Below, piece after piece: positions 38,589-48,672 of a DNA stretch of 64,000 bases. The position numbers were made by a program, and so were the translations under genes. Every line of letters begins with the position of its first letter. Within the stretch, counting starts at the first letter, position 1. The stretch is from Verrucomicrobiia bacterium (lineage in GTDB: Bacteria; Verrucomicrobiota; Verrucomicrobiia; Limisphaerales; JADLHS01). The notes below the pieces were generated by a model, which did no database searches, had not been told where the DNA came from, and was given only the letters and a program-made list of their open reading frames with translations. The DNA is taken from NCBI GenBank assembly GCA_011525685.1, contig WYBW01000009.1:8369-72368 (forward strand), read 5' to 3'.

Positions 38589-39413
38589 TCAGGTTTGATA
38601 ACGGCTGGCCCACCGTTCCAGCAGGTTGATGGTGATGAGCAACAGGAAGGAAACGACCAGCAACACCACCGCCAGCGCCATGGCCGCGGTGTAATCGTAT
38701 TCCTCCAGCCGAATCACGATGAGCAGCGGAGCGATTTCCGACTCGTACGGCTTGTTGCCCGCGATGAAAATCACCGAGCCGTACTCCCCGATGGCGCGCG
38801 CGAACGCCAGGGCGAAACCCGTGATGATGGCCGGCAACAAGGTCGGGGCCACGATCGAGAAGAACGTGCGCAACCGGCCCGCTCCCAGAGTGGCTGCGGC
38901 TTCCTCGACCTCGCGCTCGAAGCTCTCCAGCACGGGTTGCAGCGTCCGCACCACGAAGGGCAGGCCGATGAAGGTCAGCGCGATCACCACCCCCAACGGC
39001 GTGAAGGAGCCTTTGATCCCCATCGGCACCAGGAACTGTCCCAGCCAGCCATTCGCCGCAAACAAGTTGGAGAGCGTCAGGCCCGCCACGGCCGTGGGCA
39101 GCGCGAAGGGAAAGTCCACCAGCGCGTCGAAGAACCGTTTGCCGGGGAATTCATAACGCACCAGCACCCAGGCCACGATGGTCCCGAAGACTGCGTTGAT
39201 TGACGCGCCAATGAGCGACGCCCCGAACGTGAGTTTGTAGGCCGCGAGCGCGCGGTCGGCCGTGGCCAGCCGCCAGAAATCCGCCCACGACATTTCCAGC
39301 GTGCGCAGGAAGAGGCCGCCGATCGGGATGAGCACGATGACGCTCAAGTACAGAATCGTGCAGCCCATCGTCAGGCCGAATCCCGGCAGCGGATTGTGGC
39401 GTTTGGCGATCAT
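38589..39413 (-). CDS. cysT: Sulfate ABC transporter permease CysT
   Basis: LPGFGLT.G, PFALPTAVAG, EVEEAA..LGA, GEYGSVIFIAGN. Confidence 0.93.
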   Translation of the reverse strand: MIAKRHNPLPGFGLTMGCTILYLSVIVLIPIGGLFLRTLEMSWADFWRLATADRALAAYKLTFGASLIGASINAVFGTIVAWVLVRYEFPGKRFFDALVDFPFALPTAVAGLTLSNLFAANGWLGQFLVPMGIKGSFTPLGVVIALTFIGLPFVVRTLQPVLESFEREVEEAAATLGAGRLRTFFSIVAPTLLPAIITGFALAFARAIGEYGSVIFIAGNKPYESEIAPLLIVIRLEEYDYTAAMALAVVLLVVSFLLLITINLLERWASRYQT

Positions 39414-39549
39414 CTGGCACGCGCCGAAGCACGACCTCGGCCAGGTTGGAAGTTCGGTTTCACCGGGAAGGAAAGATCAGCACCAGCGACTTTCCTCACA
39501 GGGTCGCCGGACCTCGACACCAGGCAGCAGGGCGAGAGGGGAGCACGTC

Positions 39550-40767
39550 TCATGCAGGAGAAGCGGGCGAGGGCTGCGCTTGCGCCTCGAAGGCGCCGAC
39601 CAGTTCCGGCAGCACGCCCTCCAACGCCACTTCGATGCGCCGCCATTCGGGAATCAACGGCGAGCCAAACAGATGATCCTGGTATTCGGCGAACGCGCGA
39701 TCCAGCGCGCCGGCAAAGGCCTCGATCAATCCCAGTTCCTGGTGCCGGTCGAACTTGGGCAGGCTGTTCATCTCTGCGTGGGATTCATAGATGCGCACAT
39801 AGCTCCGCGCGTTGGCCAGATAGGTGTGCTTGAGGGTGCGCAGAAAGTCGTGGGTCAGGATCGAACCTTCCGCCGAGAGCCGCGTGAAAAACGTTCGCGC
39901 AATATCCGAAACCATCTTTTGCAATCCAGTGTTGGCGTCCTCGCCCACGTCCTGATGCTTGTGATCGTAGCGCCCCGTGATCTCCACCTGGCAGATGCGG
40001 TGCGGCCGCGTGATGCGATACATCTCCGCCAGCACGCCCACCTCGATGCCCCAATCCGAGGGAAAGAGCAAATCCGTCGCGAGGCTGGAAAACGTGGCGA
40101 ACTCGCCGGACAGCGGGTAACGGAAGTCGCTCATGTATTCGAGGAAGTCCAGTTTACCCAGCACGTCGCGCAGGGCCTTGACGAACGGAAAGTAGAACAG
40201 CCGGGCCACCCGCCCATGCAGGCGATCCGAGTACCGGGCGTAGAAGCCCTTGGCGAATTGATAGCGCAGATGCACCACCGGATAGAGCAAGCGAAGCAGG
40301 AAACCGCGGTCGTAGGTCAGGATGTCGGCGTCGTGAAATGCCAGCACGGAAACCTCCGCTTTGCCCAACGCATAGCCCAGGGCGGTCCACACGGCACGGC
40401 CCTTGCCCCGCGCTCCCAACGGCAGGACCTGTCCGATCTTGTCCAGCACCGCTTGAACGGCGGGCGCGTCGTTCCAGAGCAGTGCGCCCTTTTCACCCAG
40501 CGGTTTCACGATCTCTCGCGCCTGCCCGAACTGTTCCTCGCTGCTGCGATCCAGGCTGATATAGACCCGCTTGACGAAGTGCATCCCGGCCAGTTCGGCG
40601 ATGATGTGCTGCATGGCCGGCGACGACAGATCACTAAACAATGCGGGAATGATGACGCCGATCGGCGCGCGGCGCGCGGTGCGGACGATGCTCTTCTCCA
40701 TGCGTGCCAGATCTTCATCCTTGAGCAAGGTCAAGGTCGGCACCACGTTCTGTTGAAAATCAGCCAT
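39550..40767 (-). CDS. Glucosyl-3-phosphoglycerate synthase-like glycosyltransferase
   Basis: MADFQQ start, GKGRAVW, HDADI (DxD), KGFYAR, GRV.RL, RYPLSGEF, DWGIE.G.L.E, YDHKHQ. Confidence 0.75.
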   Translation of the reverse strand: MADFQQNVVPTLTLLKDEDLARMEKSIVRTARRAPIGVIIPALFSDLSSPAMQHIIAELAGMHFVKRVYISLDRSSEEQFGQAREIVKPLGEKGALLWNDAPAVQAVLDKIGQVLPLGARGKGRAVWTALGYALGKAEVSVLAFHDADILTYDRGFLLRLLYPVVHLRYQFAKGFYARYSDRLHGRVARLFYFPFVKALRDVLGKLDFLEYMSDFRYPLSGEFATFSSLATDLLFPSDWGIEVGVLAEMYRITRPHRICQVEITGRYDHKHQDVGEDANTGLQKMVSDIARTFFTRLSAEGSILTHDFLRTLKHTYLANARSYVRIYESHAEMNSLPKFDRHQELGLIEAFAGALDRAFAEYQDHLFGSPLIPEWRRIEVALEGVLPELVGAFEAQAQPSPASPA

Positions 40768-40974
40768 GACAGTGAATATCAGCGTGCGTCCGCCGGACGC
40801 TTTCGGTTCTGCCCGTCAGCCAAGCGTGCTGCAAGACTAGCTTTTCGTCGCTCGTCCGCACAACCCCAGAATGGGGCGAGCGACGCACAGGTTCCGGATC
40901 ATGATGATTGCTGCGTCAGAATTGGCGCGGTGGCGAATTGTGAACCGGGCTGTGCCCGGAGCGACGAACTGCGA

Positions 40975-41994
40975 TCACGGTTTGTAGATTCTGTCAAACG
41001 ATCCACCCTCGGTGAAGTGATCGCGGTGCGCCTGCTGCCAGCCGCCGAACATTTCGGCGACCGTGAACAGTTCCAGCCTTGGAAACGTGTCCGTGTGTTT
41101 CGCCGCGACGGACTCCAAAGTCGGCCGGTAGAAATGCTTGGCGGCGATTTCCTGGCCCGTCTCGGAATAGAGATACTCCAGGTAAGCCCGGGCCACGTCC
41201 GCCGTGCCTTTGCGGTTCACATTCCGATCAATCACCGCCACGGCCGGCTCGGCCAGGATGCTGACGGTAGGCATGACGATTTCAAATTGACCGGGGTTGG
41301 TTTTCCGCGTCACGAGCAACAGCTCATTTTCCCAGTTGATGAGCACGTCGCCAATGCCGCGCTCAATGAATGTGGTGGTGGCGCCGCGGGCGCCGGAATC
41401 GAGCACTGGAACATTCTTGTAGAGTTTGGCGACGTATTCCTGCGCCTTTTTCTGGTCGTTTTGGTTCGCCTTCAACGCATAACCCCAAGCAGCCAGATAA
41501 TTCCATCGCGCCACCCCGGAAGTTTTCGGATTGGGCGTGACGACGGAAATCCCTGGTTTGACCAGATCATCCCAGTCCTTGATGTCTTTCGGATTTCCTT
41601 TGCGAACCAGGAAACCGAGGGTCGAAACATAGGGTGAACTATTCCCGGGGAGGCGTTGCTGCCAGTCGGGGGGCAATGCCTTCGACCTCTCCGCGATGGC
41701 GTCAATGTCGTAGGCCAGCGCCAGGGTCACCACGTCGGCCCGCAAACCGTCAATGACCGAACGCGCCTGTTTGCTGGAGCCGCCGTGGGATTGTTTGACG
41801 GTGACAGTGTCGCCGGTCTTTTCCTTCCAATGTTTCGCGAACGCGGCGTTGAATTCGAGATAGAGTTCCCGGGTCGGGTCGTATGAAACGTTCAGCAGAG
41901 TGACGTCTCTCGCACCACCTGAACTCGCTGCGGCGATGCCCAACGCACTCACCAAAAAAAACGTCTTCAGATTCACGCCCGTAAAGCACTTCAT
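40975..41994 (-). CDS. sbp: Sulfate ABC transporter substrate-binding protein
   Basis: [50 protein letters not shown]. Confidence 0.95.
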   Translation of the reverse strand: MKCFTGVNLKTFFLVSALGIAAASSGGARDVTLLNVSYDPTRELYLEFNAAFAKHWKEKTGDTVTVKQSHGGSSKQARSVIDGLRADVVTLALAYDIDAIAERSKALPPDWQQRLPGNSSPYVSTLGFLVRKGNPKDIKDWDDLVKPGISVVTPNPKTSGVARWNYLAAWGYALKANQNDQKKAQEYVAKLYKNVPVLDSGARGATTTFIERGIGDVLINWENELLLVTRKTNPGQFEIVMPTVSILAEPAVAVIDRNVNRKGTADVARAYLEYLYSETGQEIAAKHFYRPTLESVAAKHTDTFPRLELFTVAEMFGGWQQAHRDHFTEGGSFDRIYKP

Positions 41995-42061
41995 GACTCG
42001 GAGACCTGATTCAGTCAGCTCTCGTTTGAACTCTAATCCAATGCCATACTAAATCAATGTA

Positions 42062-42084
42062 TATTTACAAGATGCTTGTAAATA
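42062..42084. promoter_or_regulatory. Perfect 10-3-10 palindrome in the divergent sbp/Rrf2 promoter region, candidate operator
   Basis: TATTTACAAG-ATG-CTTGTAAATA in an AT-rich intergenic stretch. Confidence 0.45.
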
Positions 42085-42148
42085 GTTAACTACAAGATTC
42101 AAGATCCAATACTTGACTCGGTGAATAGAGGTTGTTAAATGGGCGGAG

Positions 42149-42616
42149 ATGAAGCTGACCGTTCGAGGCGAATACGCGTTGCGAGCCTTGTTGGTGCTGG
42201 GGAGAGATTACCTTGAGGACGACTCCGTGGTCCGAATCCAGGCCATCGCTGATCAACAGAGCATCCCAAAGCGGTTTCTCGAGCAAATCCTCAACGACCT
42301 TAAATCCGCCGGGGTGGTGGAAAGCAAGCGGGGCGTGGCTGGGGGGTATCGGCTGCGCCGCCCTCCGCAGCAAATCACGCTGGCCGAGATCGTCCGGCAC
42401 GTGGACGGCCCGCTGGCGCCGGTCAGTTGTGTGAGTGAGCGATACTACGAAAAGTGCTCGTGCCCGGATGAAGCCCGTTGTCCGATTCGCAGCGTGATGA
42501 AGGAAGTGCGGGAAGCCACGGTGAAGATTCTGGAAAACGTCACGGTCGCCGACCTGTGCGAGCGCTGGCGCAAGCTGCGCCAGGAACCGGGCGGGCCGTT
42601 TGATTTTATCATCTGA
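42149..42616 (+). CDS. Rrf2 family transcriptional regulator (CymR/IscR-like)
   Basis: EYALRAL, LEQIL..L...G.V.S.RG..GGY.L; Cys cluster C-x8-C-x-C-x5-C. Confidence 0.93.
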   Translation: MKLTVRGEYALRALLVLGRDYLEDDSVVRIQAIADQQSIPKRFLEQILNDLKSAGVVESKRGVAGGYRLRRPPQQITLAEIVRHVDGPLAPVSCVSERYYEKCSCPDEARCPIRSVMKEVREATVKILENVTVADLCERWRKLRQEPGGPFDFII

Positions 42617-42691
42617 CCGGAAAGAGCCCCCGGCGGGACCATCTTTTTCGTTTCGCTCCGCCGCAGAGAGCAGCGCAAGGACGCTGCCCCA

Positions 42692-44233
42692 TCATCGGCC
42701 CAGCACCCTGCGCGTAGGACTGATGAAGCCGGGCGCGAGATCAGGATCCGGCGTTGTTTCCTCTGGAAGCGAGGGCTTGGCCTTTCCGCCGTTCAAGCTG
42801 ACACTGAGTCCCACCACGGCGGCGAAATGCAGCATGTCCGAGGCAAACCCGCCCACCACCAGGAAGAACATGAAGACCCGCGTGAGGAAATCGGCCAGCA
42901 GGAACGCATTGATGATCCGGAGCGCCGGATCGCCGTAACGGTAGTTGTTCAAAAGGACACGGTAACCTGCGATCAAAAACCAGATCAGCCCACCCAACCC
43001 CCAAATGCCGAACGGAATGATCACCGAAAGGGGGCCGTTATGGTAGTCGCCCGCAAGCGCCGCACCGATCTGATCCTCGGAGATGGCATTTAACTGGAAC
43101 GCCTGCTCGGTGGTGGCATCGAAGTCCGAGCGTGAAAAAGCCAGGCCTTTGCCCAGCAAGAGATATTGCGGGACCTGAGGCAGCACGGCCTTCCACATGT
43201 TCAGTCTCCAGTCCGAGGATATCTGCGCGGAGTACTTTGCCACCGGGTCGAGGGGTACCGGCAGCACGGCCAGCGCGCGCTGGATAGTGAAGGGGAGTTT
43301 CGACGTAAAAGGCAGAGCCACGGCAGCCAAGAGAACCCCACTGATCGCCAGAACCGGTAACAACTTCGTGCGATGCAGCCCCTCGAGATAGAACTGAAGA
43401 CCGAAGCACAAGAGCATGAACAACAGCGTAGAGCGGAATCCACCCAGAAGTCCGATCCCGGAGCAGAGCACGAAAATGACAAAGCGCCAGGGCTTGCCCG
43501 ATAACATCAATCCCCGCACCCCATGCCTGGCCAGCATGTAACAGAAGATCGCGGCGGATGCGGCGCTCAAACCCACCAGGCGTGTCGAACCCAGTTCGAT
43601 GGTTGAGGTGTCGGTGGAAAAAATCGGGAACAGCCAGAACAAGAACGGCATCCAAGAAACGAGGATCGGAAAAAGGTCGCCGATGAGGTTGGTGACCCCA
43701 CCGAGGAAGAACAATCCTACATATAGCGCGGCCCGGTCCGGGGGAATGCGGTAAGCCGTGATGGCAAAGTATCCCAAGATGGACAGCAACAGCAGCAGAT
43801 AGCGCTTTCCGCCATAGACCTCGCCTCCGAGCGCGCGCAAGCCGATTCCACCGGTCAGTTGGGCCGTCACCAGAATCACGATCACGAGAAAGATCAGCGG
43901 CCGTGTCAGACTGGGAACTTTCAGAAACTGGTAACGTCGGTCCAGGGTCCGCCGGGTCAGCGAAAGCATGAAGCTGAACGCAATGGCGGCGGCGCCGAAG
44001 GTCGGCCGCCCCTGCACGAAGAACAGAACTGCCGTGGCGTTCCACAACAGCAACATGAGCGGGTAGTGATACCGGATGAGCAGCGGCGAACAGAGGAGGG
44101 CCAACACGAGGGAAACCGTGACGAAGGCCTCGCGTTGCAGCGGATTGGCCAGCAGATAACCCAGGAAGATCGCGGCGGGAACGCAGATCGCGTAAACGAC
44201 GAGCGACCGCAATGCCGATTGGACGTTACTCAT
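42692..44233 (-). CDS. O-antigen ligase/polymerase (Wzy_C) family membrane protein
   Basis: About 12 TM segments, GFRS, R..MW, LLGKG and HNG motif. Confidence 0.8.
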   Translation of the reverse strand: MSNVQSALRSLVVYAICVPAAIFLGYLLANPLQREAFVTVSLVLALLCSPLLIRYHYPLMLLLWNATAVLFFVQGRPTFGAAAIAFSFMLSLTRRTLDRRYQFLKVPSLTRPLIFLVIVILVTAQLTGGIGLRALGGEVYGGKRYLLLLLSILGYFAITAYRIPPDRAALYVGLFFLGGVTNLIGDLFPILVSWMPFLFWLFPIFSTDTSTIELGSTRLVGLSAASAAIFCYMLARHGVRGLMLSGKPWRFVIFVLCSGIGLLGGFRSTLLFMLLCFGLQFYLEGLHRTKLLPVLAISGVLLAAVALPFTSKLPFTIQRALAVLPVPLDPVAKYSAQISSDWRLNMWKAVLPQVPQYLLLGKGLAFSRSDFDATTEQAFQLNAISEDQIGAALAGDYHNGPLSVIIPFGIWGLGGLIWFLIAGYRVLLNNYRYGDPALRIINAFLLADFLTRVFMFFLVVGGFASDMLHFAAVVGLSVSLNGGKAKPSLPEETTPDPDLAPGFISPTRRVLGR

Positions 44234-44580
44234 GCAACTTTCAATGCCCCCGACGCCCGACCGACCAGACTGACCTCAACATGGCCCAAGCGTCCTTGGG
44301 TATGCGAATCCGAAGCCGCCTGCGACGATCACCAATTTGTTTCATGCTATTCTCACCTGGAACACGAGCGTGGTTTTGACGTCATGCTACTAGCAGGATC
44401 GGGTATCGTTTGCAACACTTTCATGCCCACTTGCAGAATCCCTCCTTGCCAGCAGTCTCGGTGGCTTCCTGGATGCCCAAAAACCGATGCCCGCTGATGG
44501 GCCACGGAAAACGCCACTTGCCTCAAAAAGTCGCCTCTACCCTTGACTGCGTAACGCTGCTAACCACTTCTTTGTCGCGG

Positions 44581-45573
44581 ATGAAAGTACTGATTGATTG
44601 TCACGTTCCCTTCAGTCTGGCGCACGGGGGCATGCAGACCCAGATCGAACAAACGCGGGCGCGGCTGCGGGAACTCGGCGTGGATGCCGATTACCTGCAC
44701 TGGTGGGACGAAACCCAGCGGCCCGATGTCATCCATTTCTTCGGGGTCCCCAGCGGCAACTACGCGGGTCACGCGCGTACGAAAGGAGTGCGTTTTCTCC
44801 TGAACAACCTGTTTACCGCCACCTGCAATCGCAGCGATCTGGCCCTGACGCTCCAGTCGGTGGTGACGCGCGTCGTGCAGTCGCTCCCGCTGCCGGCGCC
44901 GCCGGCCTGGAAAACCTATCGGGAGGCCGACCACCACGTGGTTTCGCTGCAAGCGGAAAAAGTGGTGCTCGAGCGCGTTTACGGCGTGCCGGGCGACCGG
45001 GTTACCTGTGTTCCGTATGGACTTTCCGACGCCTTCCTGAAAGCCGGTCCTGGGGATCGAAGCGAGCCGCATCTCATCTGCACGGGCACGATCACCGGGC
45101 GGAAACGCATGGTCGAACTGGCCCTTCTCGCCCAACGGGCAAGAGTCCCCATCCTGTTCGTGGGCAAGCCGTACAGTGAAGCTGAACCCTATTGGAAGGC
45201 GTTCCAGAAGCTGGTGGACGGGCAGCATGTAAAATACTTGCCGCATACCGGCAGCGAATCGCAAATGGTCGAACTGTTGCAGCGCTCCCGGGGCTTTGTG
45301 CTGATGAGCCGGTTCGAGAATTGGTGCCTCTCGGCCCACGAAGCCGCAGCCTGCGGGTTGCCCTTGCTTTTGCCGGATCAAAAGTGGGTGCGGGAGCGCT
45401 TCGGCAGCCAGGTCTGTTGCTTTGCCGGCCGGCCGGATCGGGACGCCGAAATCCTGAGGCAGTTTTACGATGAATGTCCCAAGCTCGCCGCGCCGAAGGT
45501 GCGTCTCTACAGTTGGCTGGAGGTCGCGCAGGACTTGAAATCCGTTTACGAGCGACTGCTCAAAACCTCCTGA
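44581..45573 (+). CDS. Glycosyltransferase family 4
   Basis: HGG.Q.Q, RK, ENWCLSAHEAAACG (Ex7E). Confidence 0.85.
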   Translation: MKVLIDCHVPFSLAHGGMQTQIEQTRARLRELGVDADYLHWWDETQRPDVIHFFGVPSGNYAGHARTKGVRFLLNNLFTATCNRSDLALTLQSVVTRVVQSLPLPAPPAWKTYREADHHVVSLQAEKVVLERVYGVPGDRVTCVPYGLSDAFLKAGPGDRSEPHLICTGTITGRKRMVELALLAQRARVPILFVGKPYSEAEPYWKAFQKLVDGQHVKYLPHTGSESQMVELLQRSRGFVLMSRFENWCLSAHEAAACGLPLLLPDQKWVRERFGSQVCCFAGRPDRDAEILRQFYDECPKLAAPKVRLYSWLEVAQDLKSVYERLLKTS

Positions 45574-46697
45574 TAGATTTCCACGTGGCGGCGCGCCACC
45601 ACTTCCGGGTGGTACCGGGCGCGCATGATCGCCGCGGCGGCTCGTGGCCGGGGTGAGCCGCGGCGCACCCACCGCGTGATCGCGTCCCGCAAGCCCGCCC
45701 AATCCTCTTCCGCGAAAAGCTCCGCCCCCTCGGCGCCTTCGGCAATATCCGGTATCCCGCCCACTCTCGTGCCGAAGAATTTCAAGTTGCGCGCCAGCGC
45801 CTCGGCCGCCACCAGGCCAAACGACTCCGCAGTCGGTACATGCACCATCCCCGAAGCGGTGTCATACGCTTCAATCAATCCAGCGGTGTCCTTCGCACCG
45901 GTGTACGAGGCGTAACCCTCCCGTTCACCCGCTTTGATCCTCTCCATGAACGTCCGGGCGTAAGGACTTTGCGGATTCGCCCGGCCCAGGAAGCGGAAAG
46001 TGACCGCCGGTTCCGACCGATGCAATGACTCGGCCAGCTTCAGCAATTCCAACTGGCGCTTGTACTCGCAGATCACCCCCACATTCAGAATCACGCACTG
46101 AGACGCCGGCTGTTGAACGGGCAGTTTCTCGAAGAACTGTTCACGGACGGCGTTGGGCACGCGCCAGCAGCGTCCGGCGCGCTGTCTTACGGAATCCTCG
46201 GTGTGCGCCGAGTTGCAGAAAACCCCACGGGTGCGGCGCACCGCAAAAGTCTCCAGTCGCGCCGCCAGCCAATAAAACGACAGGGGTCTCGCCCGGAGCA
46301 CCCGGGCCATCTCCGCCATGTTCCCATGCAGGGTGATGACATTCGGAAACCCCGAGCGCACGGCGCTTATCGCTCCGTCGAACTCGGTGCCTTGGCCGTG
46401 AACAATGTCCGGCCGGATTTCGCGCAGCTTTCGTCGGGTGGCTCGGACGCAACCCTGATAGAGCGTGCGCATCCAACCGAGCTTGGGCACGACCAGGCTG
46501 TGGAAGCGGAGGTTCGGGGAAAGAAACTCGGGTGAACGCACCCGCTCCCGAATTGTCGAAACGACATGCACCTCCAACTCCGGCATCCTGGCAAAACCCT
46601 GCAAAAGCGCCTCGGGCGCGGTCCCGAAATGCGGTATCGGATTGCCGCAGTCATCCAGCAACCCGCGGTTGTCCACCACCAGAAGCGCGACCTTCAT
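45546..46697 (-). CDS. Glycosyltransferase family 4
   Basis: PDIVHGQG, VPNAV, ESFGLVAAEA, TRVGGIPDI. Confidence 0.88.
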   Translation of the reverse strand: MKVALLVVDNRGLLDDCGNPIPHFGTAPEALLQGFARMPELEVHVVSTIRERVRSPEFLSPNLRFHSLVVPKLGWMRTLYQGCVRATRRKLREIRPDIVHGQGTEFDGAISAVRSGFPNVITLHGNMAEMARVLRARPLSFYWLAARLETFAVRRTRGVFCNSAHTEDSVRQRAGRCWRVPNAVREQFFEKLPVQQPASQCVILNVGVICEYKRQLELLKLAESLHRSEPAVTFRFLGRANPQSPYARTFMERIKAGEREGYASYTGAKDTAGLIEAYDTASGMVHVPTAESFGLVAAEALARNLKFFGTRVGGIPDIAEGAEGAELFAEEDWAGLRDAITRWVRRGSPRPRAAAAIMRARYHPEVVARRHVEIYQEVLSSRS

Positions 46698-46698
46698 T

Positions 46699-47502
46699 CT
46701 ACCCGATCTTCTGAAATGCCCGATTATGGCCCACCTGCAGCACTTCCCGGAAGCGGGCCCGGTCAATTTCCCCGGCCACGCGCGACGGCCCCTCAATGCC
46801 GGCCGTGGCGAAGACCGGCGGCTGGAAATTCGTGGTCAGACCCGCGTCATCCAGGACAATGATGCCTCCGGACTTGATGCTGTTCGAGCACGCGTCCCAG
46901 TCCTGTTGCACCACTTCGTAATCATGGTTGCCGTCAATGTAGATCATGTCCCAGGACCGCGAGCCGATCAGTTCCACAGCCTCGCGATCGGTGGAGCCGG
47001 CGCGCAGCAACCTGGGATGCGGCAAGCCAAAGTGATCAAAGTTCTGAAGAGTGTCCCGGTAGTAATCCAAGTCACGCCGATAACTCGAGGTAGAATCGCC
47101 GCTGCCGGAAAACGGCGAGATACCCCAGACCTCACAAGGAACTCCCGCCCGTCGAGACCACAACGTCACCAGACTGATGACCTGCCCGCGGAACACACCA
47201 ATCTCCAGGAAGTTGCCCGGCCGGAACTCCTGCAACAGCAATTGCCACATCACGTGGAACGCGTCCTCGCCGAAGCCGCGGCGCTCGCGGGTGAAGTAAG
47301 CGCGGTGCTCCCTGATCTCGACCGGCAGTTCCCGGTGAAAATGACGGAAACATTCAAAGTAGAAGCCAGTCGGATCTTCAAGACTCCGCTGCCAGTTCGA
47401 CCGCGCCAGACTCATGGCGGAAGGCTGCCGGCGCAACTTGCGGATCGTCCACAATCGCACAAGCTGATACCAGCGGGCTCGCAGGAAACCAGTCAAAGAC
47501 AT
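46699..47502 (-). CDS. Class I SAM-dependent methyltransferase (Methyltransf_24-like)
   Basis: FLEIGVFRG, DMIYIDGNHDY, GGIIVLDD. Confidence 0.85.
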   Translation of the reverse strand: MSLTGFLRARWYQLVRLWTIRKLRRQPSAMSLARSNWQRSLEDPTGFYFECFRHFHRELPVEIREHRAYFTRERRGFGEDAFHVMWQLLLQEFRPGNFLEIGVFRGQVISLVTLWSRRAGVPCEVWGISPFSGSGDSTSSYRRDLDYYRDTLQNFDHFGLPHPRLLRAGSTDREAVELIGSRSWDMIYIDGNHDYEVVQQDWDACSNSIKSGGIIVLDDAGLTTNFQPPVFATAGIEGPSRVAGEIDRARFREVLQVGHNRAFQKIG

Positions 47503-47655
47503 GCGGCGAACCTAGCAATCTGACACTGGTACGCCAGCGCAAAAGACCCGCCAGGCAGTCAGGCGAAGGCACCGTGGCCTGTCAAAGGACCTCGAATTCT
47601 GCTCCGGTTTCCCGCGCCGATCACAGTGCGCTTGCACGGTGTTGCGCGGTCTGAA

Positions 47656-48669
47656 ATGCTGCCGCCGGTGAACCTCGTTGACCATGGGCCGTCCTTCGAC
47701 CTGCGGCCCGAGCACATCACGATTGCGGTAACGGTTTACAACCGGAGTCAGTTCGTGCTCGGCGCGATTCGCAGCGCCCTGGAACAGACCTTGCCGGTAA
47801 AGGTCATCGTGGTCGAGGATTGTTCCCCCGATCCCCGGCTTCGCGACCTGATTGTCGGAGAATTTGGATCGCGGATCACCTACCTCCGCAACCCGCGCAA
47901 CCGCGGCTTGTTCGACAACTGGAACGCATGCCTGGAGTATTGCCAGACTCCCTGGATTTCCATCCTGCACGATGACGACCTCCTGCACCCTTGGTTCGTG
48001 GCGAGCATGCTCGAACTGGCGCGCAAGTCGCCCCAACAGAGCCTGTATTTCGGCCGTTCAGCCATCATTGATGAGCGGGGGCAACATCATCCCGCGCCGC
48101 AAGTCTCGTGGCCGGCCGGTTGGCGACTCATTGACCTCGTAGAATTTGCCGACCGGTGTTTTGTCTATTTTCCCGGTCAATTGTTTCGCGTGGCCGATGC
48201 CCGGGGGCTCGGCGGCGTGCGACCTCACTCCCGCTTCACCGGCGACTGGGATCTCTGGTTCCGGCTGGCGACTCATGGCGGGGGAGCGCAGACGGCAACC
48301 GAAGTTTCGATTGTGCGGACGCACGACAGCGCCGAGCGGGAGAGTTGCCGCGTGGTGCGGCAGGGCTGGAAGTGGGCGCTCGACAACATGCAGCGCAAGC
48401 GCAATCTCCGCCTGCTGCATCAGCGGAAGAACATTTCTGTGCCCTTTGACCGGGCCAAGCCGCTTGCGCATGCTCCCATTCCGAGCAGGGTGTTGTTGAA
48501 CTATGCCAGAAAGTTTCCCGCGCCCTTGCTCGCTTACAACTGGTGGTTGTTTGTCCATAGCCGGCCACCCTCGGTGGGCTATGCCATGTTTCAGCGAGTG
48601 ATTCGGCTGTTGGGACCTGGCTCGCTCCGGCTCTGCTCCAGAGCTTGGAATCTGCCAAAGCAAGCTTGA
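47656..48669 (+). CDS. Glycosyltransferase family 2
   Basis: TVYNR, VEDCSPD, N.GL..NWN, LHDDD, DWDLW.R. Confidence 0.88.
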   Translation: MLPPVNLVDHGPSFDLRPEHITIAVTVYNRSQFVLGAIRSALEQTLPVKVIVVEDCSPDPRLRDLIVGEFGSRITYLRNPRNRGLFDNWNACLEYCQTPWISILHDDDLLHPWFVASMLELARKSPQQSLYFGRSAIIDERGQHHPAPQVSWPAGWRLIDLVEFADRCFVYFPGQLFRVADARGLGGVRPHSRFTGDWDLWFRLATHGGGAQTATEVSIVRTHDSAERESCRVVRQGWKWALDNMQRKRNLRLLHQRKNISVPFDRAKPLAHAPIPSRVLLNYARKFPAPLLAYNWWLFVHSRPPSVGYAMFQRVIRLLGPGSLRLCSRAWNLPKQA

Positions 48670-48672
48670 GGT

